Source: Leidyana gryllorum EB-2025a (lineage: Eukaryota; Protista; Apicomplexa). Taken from it: a stretch of 64,000 nucleotides of DNA. Below the pieces are notes generated by a model. That model was not told the origin of the DNA. It worked only from the letters and a program-made list of their open reading frames with translations, and ran no database searches. A program made the position numbers and the translations under genes. The stretch spans positions 310,001 through 374,000 of the forward strand of contig JBLWGC010000109.1 in NCBI GenBank assembly GCA_048772705.1, given 5' to 3'. This document shows, piece by piece, positions 59,318 through 64,000 of the stretch; positions within the stretch are counted from its first letter, which is position 1; each line of letters starts with the position of its first letter.

Positions 59318-60516
59318 ATGGAAGCAGACCTTCTGCGCCAACAGGCAGAGAAGAAATGCAAAGGAGGCTTCTTCAGCATTTTCCGGGGCGGGAGTCAGTC
59401 TGATGAAGCCAGCGAATTGTTTGTGAGGGCTGCCAACCAATACAAGCTGAAGGGACAATGTAAGTCTCACCACCACACATGTGTGTGTGGTTCTGTCAAC
59501 ATTCAATGTCTGCTCACAGGGAACGATGCCGCGGAATGCTTCTTTCGTGCCGCTGACTTACAGCATCAGATGGGGGATAGCATTCAGGAAGCCCAGTATC
59601 TGGTTGAATGTGGTAACGTCCAGCGCAAGGTATCTGTCGCAGAAGCCAGAGCCCACTATATGGCTGCTTCCAAGATCTACACAGATGGGGGGCGTTTTGC
59701 TCAAGCTGGGAAGCTAACCAAGGTAACAACGGAGTATACGATCTGAGCACATCCTCTGAACACGCCAACAGGCATTGGCCGAGGAGTATGAGAAGGCTGG
59801 AGAGTTTGATGAGGCAATCGTCATGTACGAAAAGGCCATCGAGTATTTCTCATTAGACGACTATTCTAAATCCCTAACGTCTCAATGTAAAATCAAGTTT
59901 GCTGAGCTCCTCGCCTCCAAGCGGGACGAGTTGGATCAGGCCATCAGCGTAAGCTCGGGGCCACGATCACTATTATTGGGTCTTCTCTTTCATCCCAGAT
60001 ATTCGAGCAAGAAGCATCTGCCGCTTTGGGGAGTTCCCTGTTGCAGTTTGGTGCTAAAGAGTACTTTTTCAAGGCTGCTATCCTCTATCTGGTCAAAGGG
60101 GTGGGTGACAAGCGGTCTTCTCCATCGATCTTCTGAGCAGCAAGCGGACATTGCCGCCACAAAATGCGAGGAATTTGAGAAGTTGGATCCTCGTTTCGCA
60201 GACAGTCGCGAAGGAAAGCTGTTGAAAGGCCTCATTGCTGCGGTGGAGGCTGACAAGGTGGATGACTATGTGGATCTGCTGTAAGCCGTGGGCCCAAGTT
60301 GATCTGAATCATTCTGCTTTTCACCATCACAGTGCCGAATACGATCGCATAACACGTCTGGACGCGTGGAAAGTGCTATTCTTCAATCGTATCAAAGGTC
60401 GTCTGACTCGATCTGCGAGCTCAGATGAGCCACACCAAGTTGAAGTTCCCGATGTACCAATTCTCCAGAACTCCACGGAGTCTCAGGGAGGCAATGTGGT
60501 GTTCGATCTGACCTGA
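59318..60516 (+). CDS. SEC17: Alpha-soluble NSF attachment protein (alpha-SNAP/Sec17), multi-exon
   Basis: AEKKCKGGFF, ELFVRAANQYKL, GRFAQAGKL, YEKAIEYF, DPRFADSREGKLL, EYDRITRLDAWK across GT-AG-separated exons. Confidence 0.93.
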
Positions 60517-60526
60517 AGAGGAGGCT

Positions 60527-63500
60527 TCACGTGGGTTGAGTATGCGGACGTCGAGTGCGCTTTTTTGGGACGTCTTTGACCAGCGGGTTGGTACCGCTCC
60601 ACGCAACTGTACATCCAATGAGCAGCCAACAGCTCACCAATCCACCATACAGAGGATAGACTTTGGTGACGACGACGAAAATGGGATTTGTGACCTTCAG
60701 TTTGATGATACTAAGGAACCGAGCTGATCGTGACAGCTGGCTGCGCACTGTGGGCGAGTCTGATGGATTGAGAGGTTTATTCACCACCAAGTCTTTCTCT
60801 CCAAATTACTTCACTCACCTGTGGTCGCCATATGAATGAAGAATCCACAGAAAGACGAGCTGTCTCTCACCGGCATCCCTCTCTTTTGCCACAGATACAG
60901 CAGGTTTTCAAGTTGATAGAATTGGTTCCAGGCTGTCAACTGCTTTGCCGCGTTGGCCTGTTCTGCAGGGCCAAGTGGAGGTCTGATGTGGAGATATGGA
61001 AGTCTAATTCGGGTTCCTCTGAAAGCCTGAAGCTGCTTTCGCAATGTCTCAAATGACTGTCCCTCAACTATCTGATCCCTCTCTGCCTCCAACTCTTCAG
61101 GATAGGCATCCCTTCCCTGCTGCTGCTGCTGCAACTGCTCCTCCATCGCCTGTTCCGCATACGCATGATAGTCCGGCAGCTGCGTTTGTTGTTGTGGCGC
61201 GACAGGCTGTGCACGCTCAGAGCTTTCACTTCTCCGCGGCTCGTCGAGCTCGCTGTAGTCCATAATCGGATTGATCATCCCGTGGACTGCAGTGCGACCA
61301 AAGACTTTCTCCATTGAGGTTCGCGCGGCCTCTTGATCCCAGGCCGACTCACGTCCTCCCTGAACCTCCAAGGCGACTGCCTGTCCGGGCAGATTGTCCT
61401 GGGCGGTGTTACTTTGGGTACGGACAACGGTGTTGGTCGGCTTTGTGGTACCTCCGCGGTTGCCAGGGGCGTTCACGCGGTAGGAGTGGGCCGCCTCTGC
61501 TTCAGAGGTCGCCAGGTCGGTGTTGGATACTTTGGCCATTTCACCTTTACTCGCCACCTCCTCAAAGCGTTGCATTGTCTCTCTTCCATACCGTAGGTCT
61601 CCCGCGTGGGCAAAGATGTCCCTTATTGTGGGCAGATCCTTCATGGCGTCTTTGTAGACCTTCACTATTTGGTTGAGACTCTCATCAGCCGCCAGTTTGG
61701 ACCACCCTTGGTGACTCTCGGGTGGCCCGGGATCATAATCTGTGTCCAAATGGGACTTGAAATTCATCAGATCGCAGAATTTCTTCAGATTCTTTATCAA
61801 TTCGTCACTGCAGAAGTCAATTGAATACCCTCTCAAGTCGCTGTTTCAAAAAACTCACTTGCGATCGAATGTGCACGGAAGACCCTCTTTGTTGCGATTG
61901 GCTTGGATCAGCTCACTGATATCCGCTGCCAATTCTTCTTCAAGAGCTTTGCAGACCACAGCCGGGACCGGTTCTTTGAGATTAACATCGCCGTCAATGC
62001 TGCGACACTCTCCCATCAGTAAGGAGCGCCACTGATAGGGGTCCTCGAAGTCATATCGGATGAAACTGGGATGATGGTTCTGAACGTTCCCATACAACTG
62101 GACCTGATTGAAACACACCTCCAGAGTTGAATAGGGCAGCCAGGCCATCAGTTCGTCTCCGGTGCGTCCCGAAACCTCATCGACGTAGTCGGGATCATAA
62201 AATCCGCGAACGGGAGCAATGATCATATCTTCGATTTGGCTCGACATCCGGTCGTCTCCGACTCCCCCACCCTCTCCAGCGCCTCCCAACTCCTCGGTGA
62301 CAGCTCCTATACTGTCCTTGCGGAAAAAATTGGGTCCCAATAATTCACGAAGCTGCTCGGCTGTGATCTGAACATCATCTGCGACATCAACGTCGTCCTT
62401 GAGTCCCTCGTCTCCCTGCTCGGCCAGTGGCATCTGGACAGCGGGTAACCCGACCATTTGCGCGCCTTCGTTGTACCGCCTGATGAGATAGCTACCATCA
62501 TAGTAAGGCATAGGCATCTCGCCTTCAAAGGCGTAATTGGTGGGATCCTCCGCTTCTTCGATATCTTCGGGCTGCAGCATCCCAGCGCCATAGCGACATG
62601 GTAAGCTGTACCGTTGTAAAGTGAGACAATCCCAGTGGGTGACCCATCCGTTGGCATGTCGCGTCATAACCCAAGCGTACTCCTGGCTTCCATTCTGGAT
62701 GGTACCTTTGCAGACGTAAGCGTCCTGTTTAAGTCCAATGAGGACGGAGCACAAAAGCAGCGCGTGATCCTGAATACTGCCTCTGCGCCTGGATAACGTA
62801 GAATTCGGAGTATTCCAGGTGTTTATCAGTCCAGTCTGAAGATCAGATGGATTGATCACATAACCAATACAACCGATCCAATTCAGCAGATCGCCTGTCG
62901 TCTTCAGACCAGCTGGTACCGTCATTGGAGTGATGAAGGCGGGTAAAGGATGAAACGAATTGGTCTGGGAGTGTGAGGCCATACACAGAAATCGCCGATT
63001 CTTGACACCCTTATGAAACCACTCCAAATAACTTCGTTGCCAAGTCCCGAAATCGCGAGTCCAACGAGCCGCAATATTCTTATAGAGCAGATTGTGAGTC
63101 TTTCCCACCTTTCGATCCGGAATAACTACTCCCTTAGGCAAGGCTGGTAACATGTACATCTCAAAACTGATGGTCGGGGGGTTCTGTGCCTTGGCCGTCT
63201 GGCCGTCCGTATCGGCTTTGTTGTTGTACATTGCTGAGTGAAATAGAAGGGTGACATCACAGTCATCAAGGCTAGCAGCAAACACAGCAATCAAAAACCA
63301 AATAATCGGCCACACCCACACACACTCGCACACACACTTACGCATTGCATCGGCCTTGTAGACATGGGTAAGGCTCTGTCGCAGATACCACGGCCGACTT
63401 TGATCTGTAGTTTTGGATGACTCTTCTGCTGCTGCAGCAGCTGTGGCGGTATCCTCCATTTCCTTCTCGGCGTCTTCGTCGATGTACTTGAATGGGCGAT

Positions 63501-64000
63501 CCCCTCCACCGCCTCCGGTGGATCCGGCCTGTTGTAGACCCTCGCCCAAACAGCGAAGCGATTCGACGGCATTCTGGCCGGTGAGCTCACTGATATTGAC
63601 GTCTACCGAGCACAGGAGATCGGACTGCAGCTCATTTGGTTGATGGCATATTTCCAAACGAATAGGTCCTTTAGAGGCCAAGTCGATGGGTAGGACAACG
63701 TTGGCGTATCGTTCATCTGTGAGGACGCGGGGGTCGAGGAGTCTGACGGGGAAGTAGAAGGTTTGATTGTATATAGGTCTTAGGGTGCGTTTCATGACGC
63801 GGCTGTGGGAGGCCATACTGTCCCAGCTGGCAATGACGACCGAGTCCGTGGTACCTTCATCGGGGTTCCCGATAGGCAAATGTTCGCATCTGAAGACTCT
63901 GATGACCAAATAAGTCTCATGAGGGTCTAAGTGGGCGACAAAAGCGGCTCCGGGGAGTTTCTGTTCCAATTTGACAAAGGAGCCCTGATCGGAGATGTTG
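60527..64000 (-). CDS. C2-domain + CEP76/CC2D2A-like (transglutaminase-like) centriolar/ciliary protein, 5'-truncated by the window
   Basis: C2 domain (VIRVFRCEHLP...TDSVV...TLRPIYNQTF), RRGSIQDHALLLCSVL, AWVMTR, PYSTLEVCFN..LYGNVQ, terminal VYPLYGGLVSCWLLIG. Introns at 63341-63234 and near 61858-61809 and 60818-60760. Frame is open to the window edge. Confidence 0.8.

Noticed and set aside
1-64000. CRISPR arrays, transposases, rRNA
   Set aside because: No regularly spaced repeats, no transposase/RT/integrase motifs and no rRNA-like sequence were seen; the DNA is eukaryotic.

Overview
Eukaryotic, intron-containing and very compact genomic DNA (short GT-AG introns of about 25-140 nt; several intergenic gaps of only 1-30 nt). 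Two alveolin/IMC genes, a PfMRK-like CDK and a membrane-anchored PDE point to an alveolate, most plausibly an apicomplexan such as a gregarine (inference, not a database match). Housekeeping genes recognised: cyclic-nucleotide PDE, MRK/CDK7-like kinase, TAF12-like histone fold, TRM9/ALKBH8-type methyltransferase, Prx5-type peroxiredoxin, catalytically dead alpha-carbonic-anhydrase-like protein, CWC21, ZIP/ZupT transporter, NOP14-like protein, alpha-SNAP and a C2 + CEP76/CC2D2A-like protein. The standout is a 20-kb minus-strand tandem array (9985-30057) of eight divergent paralogues. Each has an N-terminal F-box-like motif, a short LRR-like region and a conserved ~350-aa C-terminal domain that I cannot assign to a known family. 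Six copies carry a phase-2 intron at the module boundary (this is why the ORF track splits them), one is intronless and one appears to be decaying. A second notable signal is three head-to-head gene pairs whose ATGs are only 23-28 nt apart and share a C(T)5-8GAG motif.
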